DNA of 64,000 nt from Azolla caroliniana (Eukaryota; Plantae; Polypodiophyta). The DNA is taken from contig JBHGNT010000154.1 in the NCBI GenBank assembly GCA_043228905.1, forward strand, positions 401 to 64,400, written 5' to 3'. The position numbers were made by a program, and so were the translations under genes. Of this stretch, positions 41,401 through 57,700 are shown in pieces (the stretch's first letter is position 1; each line of letters starts with the position of its first letter). The notes under the pieces are model-generated. The model saw only the letters and a list, made by a program, of their open reading frames with translations. It had not been told where the DNA came from and made no database searches.

Positions 41401-44400
41401 TTACTCAAGGACTCCTCTCAACTCCTTCCTCAAGTTTGCTAATTTCGTCATGTCTCTCGACCTGAGTTTCAAAATCTGGATTTTTAAATTCCATATCATA
41501 GCTAGCGTTCTTAGCTTCGATTCGCATGTTTGAACACAAAAATCCGATATCACACGAGCCAGGTATAAACATTTTAATTTACTCAAGGGCTCCTCTCAAC
41601 TCCTTCCTCAAGTTTGCTAATTTCGTCATGTCTCTCGACCTGAGTTTCAAAACCTTGATTTTTTAATTCCATATCATAGCTAGCATTGTTAGCTTCGATT
41701 CGCATGTTTGAACACAAAAATCCGATATAACACGAGCCAGGTATGAACAGTTTAATTTACTCAAGGGCTCCTCTCAACTCCTTCCTCAAGTTTGCTAATT
41801 TCGTCATGTCTCTCGACCTGAGTTTCAAAATCTTGATTTTTTAATTCCATATCATAGCTAGCGTTGTTAGCTTCGATTCGCATGTTTGAACACAAAAATC
41901 CGATATAACACGAGCCAGGTATAAACAGTTTAATTTACTCAAGGGCTCCTCTCAACTCCCTCCTCAAGTTTGCTAATTTCGTCATGTCTCTCGACCTGAG
42001 TTTCAAAATCTGGATTTTTAAATTCCATATCATAGCTAGCGTTGTTAGCTTCGATTCGCATGTTTGAACACAAAAATCCGATATCACACGAGCCAGGTAT
42101 GAACATTTTAATTTACTCAAGGACTCCTCTCAACTCCTTCCTCAAGTTTGCTAATTTCGTCATGTCTCTCGACCTGAGTTTCAAAACCTTGATTTTTTAA
42201 TTCCATATCATAGCTAGCGTTGTTAGCTTCGATTCGCATGTTTGAACACAAAAATCCGATATCACACGAGCCAGGTATGAACATTTTAATTTACTCAAGG
42301 ACTCCTCTCAACTCCTTCCTCAAGTTTGCTAATTTCGTCATGTCTCTCGACCTGAGTTTCAAAACCTTGATTTTTTAATTCCATATCATAGCTAGCATTG
42401 TTAGCTTCGATTCGCATGTTTGAACACAAAAATCCGATATAACACGAGCCAGGTATGAACATTTTAATTTACTCAAGGACTCCTCTCAACTCCTTCCTCA
42501 AGTTTGCTAATTTCGTCATGTCTCTCGACCTGAGTTTCAAAATCTGGATTTTTAAATTCCATATCATAGCTAGCGTTGTTAGCTTCGATTCGCATGTTTG
42601 AACACAAAAATCCGATATCACACGAGCCAGGTATAAACATTTTAATTTACTCAAGGGCTCCTCTCAACTCCTTCCTCAAGTTTGCTAATTTCGTCATGTC
42701 TCTCGACCTAAGTTTCATAGCCCTCCTCAAGCGTTGTTACCTAGCGTTGTTACCTTCGACTCGCATGTTTGAACACAAAAATCCGATATCACACGAGCCA
42801 GGTATGAACAGTTTAATTTACTCAAGGGCTCCTCTCAACTCCTTCCTCAAGTTTGCTAATTTCGTCATGTCTCTCGACCTGACTTTCAAAATCTTGATTT
42901 TTTAATTCCATATCATAGCTAGCGTTGTTAGCTTCGATTCGCATGTTTGAACACAAAAATCCGATATCACACGAGCCAGGTATGAACATTTTAATTTACT
43001 CAAGGACTCCTCTCAACTCCTTCCTCAAGTTTGCTAATTTCGTCATGTCTCTCGACCTGAGTTTCAAAACCTTGATTTTTTAATTCCATATCATAGCTAG
43101 CATTGTTAGCTTCGATTCGCATGTTTGAACACAAAAATCCGATATAACACGAGCCAGGTATGAACATTTTAATTTACTCAAGGACTCCTCTCAACTCCTT
43201 CCTCAAGTTTGCTAATTTCGTCATGTCTCTCGACCTGAGTTTCAAAATCTTGATTTTTTAATTCCATATCATAGCTAGCGTTGTTAGCTTCGATTCGCAT
43301 GTTTGAACACAAAAATCCGATATCACACGAGCCAGGTATAAACATTTTAATTTACTCAAGGGCTCCTCTCAACTCCTTCCTCAAGTTTGCTAATTTCGTC
43401 ATGTCTCTCGACCTGAGTTTCAAAACCTTGATTTTTTAATTCCATATCATAGCTAGCATTGTTAGCTTCGATTCGCATGTTTGAACACAAAAATCCGATA
43501 TAACACGAGCCAGGTATGAACATTTTAATTTACTCAAGGACTCCTCTCAACTCCTTCCTCAAGTTTGCTAATTTCGTCATGTCTCTCGACCTGAGTTTCA
43601 AAATCTGGATTTTTAAATTCCATATCATAGCTAGCGTTGCTAGCTTCGATTCGCATGTTTGAACACAAAAATCCGATATCACACGAGCCAGGTATAAACA
43701 TTTTAATTTACTCAAGGGCTCCTCTCAACTCCTTCCTCAAGTTTGCTAATTTCGTCATGTCTCTCGACCTGAGTTTCAAAACCTTGATTTTTTAATTCCA
43801 TATCATAGCTAGCATTGTTAGCTTCGATTCGCATGTTTGAACACAAAAATCCGATATAACACGAGCCAGGTATGAACATTTTAATTTACTCAAGGACTCC
43901 TCTCAACTCCTTCCTCAAGTTTGCTAATTTCGTCATGTCTCTCGACCTGAGTTTCAAAATCTGGATTTTTAAATTCCATATCATAGCTAGCGTTGTTAGC
44001 TTCGATTCGCATGTTTGAACACAAAAATCCGATATCACACGAGCCAGGTATAAACAGTTTAATTTACTCAAGGGCTCCTCTCAACTCCCTCCTCAAGTTT
44101 GCTATTTTCGTCATGTCTCTCGACCTGAGTTTCAAAATCTTGATTTTTAAATTCCATATCATAGCTAGCGTTGTTACCTTCGACTCGCATGTTTGAACAC
44201 AAAAATCCGATATCACACGAGCCAGGTATGAACAGTTTAATTTACTCAAGGGCTCCTCTCAACTCCTTCCTCAAGTTTGCTAATTTCGTCATGTCTCTCG
44301 ACCTGACTTTCAAAATCTTGATTTTTTAATTCCATATCATAGCTAGCGTTGTTAGCTTCGATTCGCATGTTTGAACACAAAAATCCGATATCACACGAGC

Positions 44401-45760
44401 CAGGTATGAACATTTTAATTTACTCAAGGACTCCTCTCAACTCCTTCCTCAAGTTTGCTAATTTCGTCATGTCTCTCGACCTGAGTTTCAAACTCTGGAT
44501 TTTTAAATTCCATATCATAGCTAGCGTTGTTAGCTTCGATTCGCATTTTTGAACACAAAAATCCGATATCACACGAGCCAGGTATAAACATTTTAATTTA
44601 CTCAAGGGCTCCTCTCAACTCCTTCCTCAAGTTTGCTAATTTCGTCATGTCTCTCGACCTAAGTTTCATAGCCCTCCTCAAGCGTTGTTACCTAGCGTTG
44701 TTACCTTCGACTCGCATGTTTGAACACAAAAATCCGATATCACACGAGCCAGGTATGAACAGTTTAATTTACTCAAGGGCTCCTCTCAACTCCTTCCTCA
44801 AGTTTGCTAATTTCGTCATGTCTCTCGACCTGACTTTCAAAATCTTGATTTTTTAATTCCATATCATAGCTAGCGTTGTTAGCTTCGATTCGCATGTTTG
44901 AACACAAAAATCCGATATCACACGAGCCAGGTATGAACATTTTAATTTACTCAAGGACTCCTCTCAACTCCTTCCTCAAGTTTGCTAATTTCGTCATGTC
45001 TCTCGACCTGAGTTTCAAAACCTTGATTTTTTAATTCCATATCATAGCTAGCATTGTTAGCTTCGATTCGCATGTTTGAACACAAAAATCCGATATAACA
45101 CGAGCCAGGTATGAACATTTTAATTTACTCAAGGACTCCTCTCAACTCCTTCCTCAAGTTTGCTAATTTCGTCATGTCTCTCGACCTGAGTTTCAAAATC
45201 TGGATTTTTAAATTCCATATCATAGCTAGCGTTCTTAGCTTCGATTCGCATGTTTGAACACAAAAATCCGATATCACACGAGCCAGGTATAAACATTTTA
45301 ATTTACTCAAGGGCTCCTCTCAACTCCTTCCTCAAGTTTGCTAATTTCGTCATGTCTCTCGACCTGAGTTTCAAAACCTTGATTTTTTAATTCCATATCA
45401 TAGCTAGCATTGTTAGCTTCGATTCGCATGTTTGAACACAAAAATCCGATATAACACGAGCCAGGTATGAACAGTTTAATTTACTCAAGGGCTCCTCTCA
45501 ACTCCTTCCTCAAGTTTGCTAATTTCGTCATGTCTCTCGACCTGACTTTCAAAATCTTGATTTTTTAATTCCATATCATAGCTAGCGTTGTTAGCTTCGA
45601 TTCGCATGTTTGAACACAAAAATCCGATATAACACGAGCCAGGTATAAACAGTTTAATTTACTCAAGGGCTCCTCTCAACTCCCTCCTCAAGTTTGCTAA
45701 TTTCGTCATGTCTCTCGACCTGAGTTTCAAAATCTGGATTTTTAAATTCCATATCATAGC
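38500..45760 (+). repeat. 21-monomer (3,724-bp) tandem duplication, about 38500-42220 and 42220-45760
   Basis: ORF offsets 38852/42576, 40803/44527 and 41401/45125 equal 3724 (21x178-14). The copies share the variants CGCATTTTTGAA and GCGTTCTTAG. Confidence 0.85.
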
Positions 45761-48700
45761 TAGCGTTGCTAGCTTCGATTCGCATGTTTGAACACAAAAA
45801 TCCGATATCACACGAGCCAGGTATAAACATTTTAATTTACTCAAGGGCTCCTCTCAACTCCTTCCTCAAGTTTGCTAATTTCGTCATGTCTCTCGACCTG
45901 AGTTTCAAAACCTTGATTTTTTAATTCCATATCATAGCTAGCATTGTTAGCTTCGATTCGCATGTTTGAACACAAAAATCCGATATAACACGAGCCAGGT
46001 ATGAACATTTTAATTTACTCAAGGACTCCTCTCAACTCCTTCCTCAAGTTTGCTAATTTCGTCATGTCTCTCGACCTGAGTTTCAAAATCTGGATTTTTA
46101 AATTCCATATCATAGCTAGCGTTGTTAGCTTCGATTCGCATGTTTGAACACAAAAATCCGATATCACACGAGCCAGGTATAAACAGTTTAATTTACTCAA
46201 GGGCTCCTCTCAACTCCCTCCTCAAGTTTGCTATTTTCGTCATGTCTCTCGACCTGAGTTTCAAAATCTTGATTTTTAAATTCCATATCATAGCTAGCGT
46301 TGTTACCTTCGACTCGCATGTTTGAACACAAAAATCCGATATCACACGAGCCAGGTATGAACAGTTTAATTTACTCAAGGGCTCCTCTCAACTCCTTCCT
46401 CAAGTTTGCTAATTTCGTCATGTCTCTCGACCTGACTTTCAAAATCTTGATTTTTTAATTCCATATCATAGCTAGCGTTGTTAGCTTCGATTCGCATGTT
46501 TGAACACAAAAATCCGATATCACACGAGCCAGGTATGAACATTTTAATTTACTCAAGGACTCCTCTCAACTCCTTCCTCAAGTTTGCTAATTTCGTCATG
46601 TCTCTCGACCTGAGTTTCAAACTCTGGATTTTTAAATTCCATATCATAGCTAGCGTTGTTAGCTTCGATTCGCATGTTTGAACACAAAAATCCGATATCA
46701 CACGAGCCAGGTATAAACATTTTAATTTACTCAAGGGCTCCTCTCAACTCCTTCCTCAAGTTTGCTAATTTCGTCATGTCTCTCGACCTAAGTTTCATAG
46801 CCCTCCTCAAGCGTTGTTACCTAGCGTTGTTACCTTCGACTCGCATGTTTGAACACAAAAATCCGATATCACACGAGCCAGGTATGAACAGTTTAATTTA
46901 CTCAAGGGCTCCTCTCAACTCCTTCCTCAAGTTTGCTAATTTCTTCATGTCTCTCGACCTGACTTTCAAAATCTTGATTTTTTAATTCCATATCATAGCT
47001 AGCGTTGTTAGCTTCGATTCGCATGTTTGAACACAAAAATCCGATATCACACGAGCCAGGTATGAACATTTTAATTTACTCAAGGACTCCTCTCAACTCC
47101 TTCCTCAAGTTTGCTAATTTCGTCATGTCTCTCGACCTGAGTTTCAAAACCTTGATTTTTTAATTCCATATCATAGCTAGCATTGTTAGCTTCGATTCGC
47201 ATGTTTGAACACAAAAATCCGATATAACACGAGCCAGGTATGAACATTTTAATTTACTCAAGGACTCCTCTCAACTCCTTCCTCAAGTTTGCTAATTTCG
47301 TCATGTCTCTCGACCTGAGTTTCAAAATCTGGATTTTTAAATTCCATATCATAGCTAGCGTTCTTAGCTTCGATTCGCATGTTTGAACACAAAAATCCGA
47401 TATCACACGAGCCAGGTATAAACATTTTAATTTACTCAAGGGCTCCTCTCAACTCCTTCCTCAAGTTTGCTAATTTCGTCATGTCTCTCGACCTGAGTTT
47501 CAAAACCTTGATTTTTTAATTCCATATCATAGCTAGCATTGTTAGCTTCGATTCGCATGTTTGAACACAAAAATCCGATATAACACGAGCCAGGTATAAA
47601 CAGTTTAATTTACTCAAGGGCTCCTCTCAACTCCCTCCTCAAGTTTGCTATTTTCGTCATGTCTCTCGACCTGAGTTTCAAAATCTTGATTTTTAAATTC
47701 CATATCATAGCTAGCGTTGTTACCTTCGACTCGCATGTTTGAACACAAAAATCCGATATCACACGAGCCAGGTATGAACAGTTTAATTTACTCAAGGGCT
47801 CCTCTCAACTCCTTCCTCAAGTTTGCTAATTTCGTCATGTCTCTCGACCTGACTTTCAAAATCTTGATTTTTTAATTCCATATCATAGCTAGCGTTGTTA
47901 GCTTCGATTCGCATGTTTGAACACAAAAATCCGATATCACACGAGCCAGGTATGAACATTTTAATTTACTCAAGGACTCCTCTCAACTCCTTCCTCAAGT
48001 TTGCTAATTTCGTCATGTCTCTCGACCTGAGTTTCAAACTCTGGATTTTTAAATTCCATATCATAGCTAGCGTTGTTAGCTTCGATTCGCATGTTTGAAC
48101 ACAAAAATCCGATATCACACGAGCCAGGTATAAACATTTTAATTTACTCAAGGGCTCCTCTCAACTCCTTCCTCAAGTTTGCTAATTTCGTCATGTCTCT
48201 CGACCTAAGTTTCATAGCCCTCCTCAAGCGTTGTTACCTAGCGTTGTTACCTTCGACTCGCATGTTTGAACACAAAAATCCGATATCACACGAGCCAGGT
48301 ATGAACAGTTTAATTTACTCAAGGGCTCCTCTCAACTCCTTCCTCAAGTTTGCTAATTTCGTCATGTCTCTCGACCTGACTTTCAAAATCTTGATTTTTT
48401 AATTCCATATCATAGCTAGCGTTGTTAGCTTCGATTCGCATGTTTGAACACAAAAATCCGGTATCACACGAGCCAGGTATGAACATTTTAATTTACTCAA
48501 GGACTCCTCTCAACTCCTTCCTCAAGTTTGCTAATTTCGTCATGTCTCTCGACCTGAGTTTCAAAACCTTGATTTTTTAATTCCATATCATAGCTAGCAT
48601 TGTTAGCTTCGATTCGCATGTTTGAACACAAAAATCCGATATAACACGAGCCAGGTATGAACATTTTAATTTACTCAAGGACTCCTCTCAACTCCTTCCT

Positions 48701-51700
48701 CAAGTTTGCTAATTTCGTCATGTCTCTCGACCTGAGTTTCAAAATCTGGATTTTTAAATTCCATATCATAGCTAGCGTTGTTAGCTTCGATTCGCATGTT
48801 TGAACACAAAAATCCGATATCACACGAGCCAGGTATAAACATTTTAATTTACTCAAGGGCTCCTCTCAACTCCTTCCTCAAGTTTGCTAATTTCGTCATG
48901 TCTCTCGACCTGAGTTTCAAAACCTTGATTTTTTAATTCCATATCATAGCTAGCATTGTTAGCTTCGATTCGCATGTTTGAACACAAAAATCCGATATAA
49001 CACGAGCCAGGTATGAACATTTTAATTTACTCAAGGACTCCTCTCAACTCCTTCCTCAAGTTTGCTAATTTCGTCATGTCTCTCGACCTGAGTTTCAAAA
49101 TCTGGATTTTTAAATTCCATATCATAGCTAGCGTTGCTAGCTTCGATTCGCATGTTTGAACACAAAAATCCGATATCACACGAGCCAGGTATGAACATTT
49201 TAATTTACTCAAGGACTCCTCTCAACTCCTTCCTCAAGTTTGCTAATTTCGTCATGTCTCTCGACCTGAGTTTCAAACTCTGGATTTTTAAATTCCATAT
49301 CATAGCTAGCGTTGTTAGCTTCGATTCGCATGTTTGAACACAAAAATCCGATATCACACGAGCCAGGTATAAACATTTTAATTTACTCAAGGGCTCCTCT
49401 CAACTCCTTCCTCAAGTTTGCTAATTTCGTCATGTCTCTCGACCTAAGTTTCATAGCCCTCCTCAAGCGTTGTTACCTAGCGTTGTTACCTTCGACTCGC
49501 ATGTTTGAACACAAAAATCCGATATCACACGAGCCAGGTATGAACAGTTTAATTTACTCAAGGGCTCCTCTCAACTCCTTCCTCAAGTTTGCTAATTTCG
49601 TCATGTCTCTCGACCTGACTTTCAAAATCTTGATTTTTTAATTCCATATCATAGCTAGCGTTGTTAGCTTCGATTCGCATGTTTGAACACAAAAATCCGA
49701 TATCACACGAGCCAGGTATGAACATTTTAATTTACTCAAGGACTCCTCTCAACTCCTTCCTCAAGTTTGCTAATTTCGTCATGTCTCTCGACCTGAGTTT
49801 CAAAACCTTGATTTTTTAATTCCATATCATAGCTAGCATTGTTAGCTTCGATTCGCATGTTTGAACACAAAAATCCGATATAACACGAGCCAGGTATGAA
49901 CATTTTAATTTACTCAACGACTCCTCTCAACTCCTTCCTCAAGTTTGCTAATTTCGTCATGTCTCTCGACCTGAGTTTCAAAATCTGGATTTTTAAATTC
50001 CATATCATAGCTAGCGTTGTTAGCTTCGATTCGCATGTTTGAACACAAAAATCCGATATCACACGAGCCAGGTATAAACATTTTAATTTACTCAAGGGCT
50101 CCTCTCAACTCCTTCCTCAAGTTTGCTAATTTCGTCATGTCTCTCGACCTGAGTTTCAAAACCTTGATTTTTTAATTCCATATCATAGCTAGCATTGTTA
50201 GCTTCGATTCGCATGTTTGAACACAAAAATCCGATATAACACGAGCCAGGTATGAACATTTTAATTTACTCAAGGACTCCTCTCAACTCCATCCTCAAGT
50301 TTGCTAATTTCGTCATGTCTCTCGACCTGAGTTTCAAAATCTGGATTTTTAAATTCCATATCATAGCTAGCGTTGCTAGCTTCGATTCGCATGTTTGAAC
50401 ACAAAAATCCGATATCACACGAGCCAGGTATAAACAGTTTAATTTACTCAAGGGCTCCTCTCAACTCCCTCCTCAAGTTTGCTATTTTCGTCATGTCTCT
50501 CGACCTGAGTTTCAAAATCTTGATTTTTAAATTCCATATCATAGCTAGCGTTGTTACCTTCGACTCGCATGTTTGAACACAAAAATCCGATATCACACGA
50601 GCCAGGTATGAACATTTTAATTTACTCAAGGACTCCTCTCAACTCCTTCCTCAAGTTTGCTAATTTCGTCATGTCTCTCGACCTGAGTTTCAAAACCTTG
50701 ATTTTTTAATTCCATATCATAGCTAGCATTGTTAGCTTCGATACGCATGTTTGAACACAAAAATCCGATATCACACGAGCCAGGTATGAACATTTTAATT
50801 TACTCAAGGACTCCTCTCAACTCCTTCCTCAAGTTTGCTAATTTCGTCATGTCTCTCGACCTAAGTTTCAAAACCTTGATTTTTTAATTCCATATCATAG
50901 CTAGCATTGTTAGCTTCGATTCGCATGTTTGAACACAAAAATCCGATATCACACGAGCCAGGTATGAACATTTTAATTTACTCAAGGACTCCTCTCAACC
51001 CCTTCCTCAAGTTTGCTAATTTCGTCATGTCTCTCGACCTGAGTTTCAAAATCTGGATTTTTAAATTCCATATCATAGCTAGCGTTGTTAGCTTCGATTC
51101 GCATGTTTGAACACAAAAATTCGATATCACACGAGCGAGGTATAAACATTTTAATTTACCTACTAGCTCTTCTCAACTCCCTCCTCAAATTTGGTAATTT
51201 CGTCAGGTCTCTCGACCTGAGTTTCAAAATCCTGATTTTTTAATTCCATATCATAGCTAGCGTTGTTAGCTTCGATTCGCATGTTTGAACACAAAAATCC
51301 GATATCACACGAGCCAGGTATGAACAGTTTAATTTACTCAAGGGCTCCTCTCAACTCCCTCCTCAAGTTTGCTATTTTCGTCATGTCTCTCGACCTGAGT
51401 TTCAAAATCTTGATTTTTTAATTCCATATCATAGCTAGCGTTGTTAGCTTCGATTCGCATGTTTGAACACAAAAATCCGATATCACACGAGCCAGGTATG
51501 AACATTTTAATTTACTTAAGGGCTCCTCTCAACTCCCTTCTCAAGTTTGCTATTTTCGTCATGTCTCTCGACCTGAGTTTCAAAATCTGGATTTTTAAAT
51601 TCCATATCATAGCTAGCGTTGTTAGCTTCGATTCGCATGTTTGAACACAAAAATCCGATATCACACGAGCCAGGTATGAACATTTTAATTTACTCAAGGG

Positions 51701-54700
51701 CTCCTCTCAACTCCTTCCTCAAGTTTGCTAATTTCGTCATGTCTCTCGACTTGAGTTTCAAAACCTTGATTTTTTAATTCCATATCATAGCTAGCATTGT
51801 TAGCTTCGATTCGCATGTTTGAACACAAAAATCCGATATAACACGAGCCAGGTATGAACATTTTAATTTACTCAAGGACTCCTCTCAACTCCTTCCTCAA
51901 GTTTGCTAATTTCGTCATGTCTCTCGACCTGAGTTTCAAAATCTTGATTTTTTAATTCCATATCATAGCTAGCGTTGTTAGCTTCGATTCGCATGTTTGA
52001 ACACAAAAATCCGATATCACACAAGCCAGGTATGAACATTTTAATTTACCTACTAGCTCTTCTCAACTCCCTCCTCAAATTTGGTAATTTCATCAGATCT
52101 CTCGACCTGAGTTTCAATATCCTGATTTTTTAATTCCATATCATAGCTAGCGTTGTTAGCTTCGATTCGCATGTTTAAACACAAAAATCCGATATCACAC
52201 GAGCCAGGTATGAACATTTTAATTTACTCAAGGGCTCGTCTCAACTCCCTCCTCAAGTTTGCTAATTTCGTCATGTCTCTCGACCTGAGTTTCAAAACCC
52301 GTATTTTTTAATTCCATATCATAGCTAGCATTGTTAGCTTCGATCCGCATGTTTGAACACAAAAATCCGATATCACACGAGCCAGGTATGAACATTTTAA
52401 TTTACTCAAGGACTCCTCTCAACTCCTTCCTCAAGTTTGCTAATTTCGTCATGTCTCTCGACCTGAGTTTCAAAATCTTGATTTTTTAATTCCATATCAT
52501 AGCTAGCGTTGTTAGCTTCGATTCGCATGTTTGAACACAAAAATCCGATATCACACAAGCCAGGTATGAACATTTTAATTTACCTACTAGCTCTTCTCAA
52601 CTCCCTCCTCAAATTTGGTAATTTCGTCAGGTCTCTCGACCTGAGTTTCAATATCCTGATTTTTTAATTCCATATCATAGCTAGCGTTGTTAGCTTCGAT
52701 TCGCATGTTTAAACACAAAAATCCGATATCACACGAGCCAGGTATGAACAGTTTAATTTACTCAAGGGCTCCTCTCAACTCCTTCCTCAAGTTTGCTAAT
52801 TTCGTCATGTCTCTCGACCTGACTTTCAAAATCTTGATTTTTTAATTCCATATCATAGCTAGCGTTGTTAGCTTCGATTCGCATGTTTGAACACAAAAAT
52901 CCGATATCACACGAGCCAGGTATGAACATTTTAATTTACTCAAGGACTCCTCTCAACTCCTTCCTCAAGTTTGCTAATTTCGTCATGTCTCTCGACCTGA
53001 GTTTCAAAACCTTGATTTTTTAATTCCATATCATAGCTAGCATTGTTAGCTTCGATTCGCATGTTTGAACACAAAAATCCGATATAACACGAGCCAGGTA
53101 TGAACATTTTAATTTACTCAAGGACTCCTCTCAACTCCTTCCTCAAGTTTGCTAATTTCGTCATGTCTCTCGACCTGAGTTTCAAAATCTTGATTTTTTA
53201 ATTCCATATCATAGCTAGCGTTGTTAGCTTCGATTCGCATGTTTGAACACAAAAATCCGATATCACACGAGCCAGGTATAAACATTTTAATTTACTCAAG
53301 GGCTCCTCTCAACTCCTTCCTCAAGTTTGCTAATTTCGTCATGTCTCTCGACCTGAGTTTCAAAACCTTGATTTTTTAATTCCATATCATAGCTAGCATT
53401 GTTAGCTTCGATTCGCATGTTTGAACACAAAAATCCGATATAACACGAGCCAGGTATGAACATTTTAATTTACTCAAGGACTCCTCTCAACTCCTTCCTC
53501 AAGTTTGCTAATTTCGTCATGTCTCTCGACCTGAGTTTCAAAATCTGGATTTTTAAATTCCATATCATAGCTAGCGTTGCTAGCTTCGATTCGCATGTTT
53601 GAACACAAAAATCCGATATCACACGAGCCAGGTATAAACATTTTAATTTACTCAAGGGCTCCTCTCAACTCCTTCCTCAAGTTTGCTAATTTCGTCATGT
53701 CTCTCGACCTGAGTTTCAAAACCTTGATTTTTTAATTCCATATCATAGCTAGCATTGTTAGCTTCGATTCGCATGTTTGAACACAAAAATCCGATATAAC
53801 ACGAGCCAGGTATGAACATTTTAATTTACTCAAGGACTCCTCTCAACTCCTTCCTCAAGTTTGCTAATTTCGTCATGTCTCTCGACCTGAGTTTCAAAAT
53901 CTGGATTTTTAAATTCCATATCATAGCTAGCGTTGTTAGCTTCGATTCGCATGTTTGAACACAAAAATCCGATATCACACGAGCCAGGTATAAACAGTTT
54001 AATTTACTCAAGGGCTCCTCTCAACTCCCTCCTCAAGTTTGCTATTTTCGTCATGTCTCTCGACCTGAGTTTCAAAATCTTGATTTTTAAATTCCATATC
54101 ATAGCTAGCGTTGTTACCTTCGACTCGCATGTTTGAACACAAAAATCCGATATCACACGAGCCAGGTATGAACAGTTTAATTTACTCAAGGGCTCCTCTC
54201 AACTCCTTCCTCAAGTTTGCTAATTTCGTCATGTCTCTCGACCTGACTTTCAAAATCTTGATTTTTTAATTCCATATCATAGCTAGCGTTGTTAGCTTCG
54301 ATTCGCATGTTTGAACACAAAAATCCGATATCACACGAGCCAGGTATGAACATTTTAATTTACTCAAGGACTCCTCTCAACTCCTTCCTCAAGTTTGCTA
54401 ATTTCGTCATGTCTCTCGACCTGAGTTTCAAACTCTGGATTTTTAAATTCCATATCATAGCTAGCGTTGTTAGCTTCGATTCGCATTTTTGAACACAAAA
54501 ATCCGATATCACACGAGCCAGGTATAAACATTTTAATTTACTCAAGGGCTCCTCTCAACTCCTTCCTCAAGTTTGCTAATTTCGTCATGTCTCTCGACCT
54601 AAGTTTCATAGCCCTCCTCAAGCGTTGTTACCTAGCGTTGTTACCTTCGACTCGCATGTTTGAACACAAAAATCCGATATCACACGAGCCAGGTATGAAC

Positions 54701-57700
54701 AGTTTAATTTACTCAAGGGCTCCTCTCAACTCCTTCCTCAAGTTTGCTAATTTCGTCATGTCTCTCGACCTGACTTTCAAAATCTTGATTTTTTAATTCC
54801 ATATCATAGCTAGCGTTGTTAGCTTCGATTCGCATGTTTGAACACAAAAATCCGATATCACACGAGCCAGGTATGAACATTTTAATTTACTCAAGGACTC
54901 CTCTCAACTCCTTCCTCAAGTTTGCTAATTTCGTCATGTCTCTCGACCTGAGTTTCAAAACCTTGATTTTTTAATTCCATATCATAGCTAGCATTGTTAG
55001 CTTCGATTCGCATGTTTGAACACAAAAATCCGATATAACACGAGCCAGGTATGAACATTTTAATTTACTCAAGGACTCCTCTCAACTCCTTCCTCAAGTT
55101 TGCTAATTTCGTCATGTCTCTCGACCTGAGTTTCAAAATCTGGATTTTTAAATTCCATATCATAGCTAGCGTTCTTAGCTTCGATTCGCATGTTTGAACA
55201 CAAAAATCCGATATCACACGAGCCAGGTATAAACATTTTAATTTACTCAAGGGCTCCTCTCAACTCCTTCCTCAAGTTTGCTAATTTCGTCATGTCTCTC
55301 GACCTGAGTTTCAAAACCTTGATTTTTTAATTCCATATCATAGCTAGCATTGTTAGCTTCGATTCGCATGTTTGAACACAAAAATCCGATATAACACGAG
55401 CCAGGTATGAACAGTTTAATTTACTCAAGGGCTCCTCTCAACTCCTTCCTCAAGTTTGCTAATTTCGTCATGTCTCTCGACCTGACTTTCAAAATCTTGA
55501 TTTTTTAATTCCATATCATAGCTAGCGTTGTTAGCTTCGATTCGCATGTTTGAACACAAAAATCCGATATAACACGAGCCAGGTATAAACAGTTTAATTT
55601 ACTCAAGGGCTCCTCTCAACTCCCTCCTCAAGTTTGCTAATTTCGTCATGTCTCTCGACCTGAGTTTCAAAATCTGGATTTTTAAATTCCATATCATAGC
55701 TAGCGTTGCTAGCTTCGATTCGCATGTTTGAACACAAAAATCCGATATCACACGAGCCAGGTATAAACATTTTAATTTACTCAAGGGCTCCTCTCAACTC
55801 CTTCCTCAAGTTTGCTAATTTCGTCATGTCTCTCGACCTGAGTTTCAAAACCTTGATTTTTTAATTCCATATCATAGCTAGCATTGTTAGCTTCGATTCG
55901 CATGTTTGAACACAAAAATCCGATATAACACGAGCCAGGTATGAACATTTTAATTTACTCAAGGACTCCTCTCAACTCCTTCCTCAAGTTTGCTAATTTC
56001 GTCATGTCTCTCGACCTGAGTTTCAAAATCTGGATTTTTAAATTCCATATCATAGCTAGCGTTGTTAGCTTCGATTCGCATGTTTGAACACAAAAATCCG
56101 ATATCACACGAGCCAGGTATAAACAGTTTAATTTACTCAAGGGCTCCTCTCAACTCCCTCCTCAAGTTTGCTATTTTCGTCATGTCTCTCGACCTGAGTT
56201 TCAAAATCTTGATTTTTAAATTCCATATCATAGCTAGCGTTGTTACCTTCGACTCGCATGTTTGAACACAAAAATCCGATATCACACGAGCCAGGTATGA
56301 ACAGTTTAATTTACTCAAGGGCTCCTCTCAACTCCTTCCTCAAGTTTGCTAATTTCGTCATGTCTCTCGACCTGACTTTCAAAATCTTGATTTTTTAATT
56401 CCATATCATAGCTAGCGTTGTTAGCTTCGATTCGCATGTTTGAACACAAAAATCCGATATCACACGAGCCAGGTATGAACATTTTAATTTACTCAAGGAC
56501 TCCTCTCAACTCCTTCCTCAAGTTTGCTAATTTCGTCATGTCTCTCGACCTGAGTTTCAAACTCTGGATTTTTAAATTCCATATCATAGCTAGCGTTGTT
56601 AGCTTCGATTCGCATGTTTGAACACAAAAATCCGATATCACACGAGCCAGGTATAAACATTTTAATTTACTCAAGGGCTCCTCTCAACTCCTTCCTCAAG
56701 TTTGCTAATTTCGTCATGTCTCTCGACCTAAGTTTCATAGCCCTCCTCAAGCGTTGTTACCTAGCGTTGTTACCTTCGACTCGCATGTTTGAACACAAAA
56801 ATCCGATATCACACGAGCCAGGTATGAACAGTTTAATTTACTCAAGGGCTCCTCTCAACTCCTTCCTCAAGTTTGCTAATTTCTTCATGTCTCTCGACCT
56901 GACTTTCAAAATCTTGATTTTTTAATTCCATATCATAGCTAGCGTTGTTAGCTTCGATTCGCATGTTTGAACACAAAAATCCGATATCACACGAGCCAGG
57001 TATGAACATTTTAATTTACTCAAGGACTCCTCTCAACTCCTTCCTCAAGTTTGCTAATTTCGTCATGTCTCTCGACCTGAGTTTCAAAACCTTGATTTTT
57101 TAATTCCATATCATAGCTAGCATTGTTAGCTTCGATTCGCATGTTTGAACACAAAAATCCGATATAACACGAGCCAGGTATGAACATTTTAATTTACTCA
57201 AGGACTCCTCTCAACTCCTTCCTCAAGTTTGCTAATTTCGTCATGTCTCTCGACCTGAGTTTCAAAATCTGGATTTTTAAATTCCATATCATAGCTAGCG
57301 TTCTTAGCTTCGATTCGCATGTTTGAACACAAAAATCCGATATCACACGAGCCAGGTATAAACATTTTAATTTACTCAAGGGCTCCTCTCAACTCCTTCC
57401 TCAAGTTTGCTAATTTCGTCATGTCTCTCGACCTGAGTTTCAAAACCTTGATTTTTTAATTCCATATCATAGCTAGCATTGTTAGCTTCGATTCGCATGT
57501 TTGAACACAAAAATCCGATATAACACGAGCCAGGTATAAACAGTTTAATTTACTCAAGGGCTCCTCTCAACTCCCTCCTCAAGTTTGCTATTTTCGTCAT
57601 GTCTCTCGACCTGAGTTTCAAAATCTTGATTTTTAAATTCCATATCATAGCTAGCGTTGTTACCTTCGACTCGCATGTTTGAACACAAAAATCCGATATC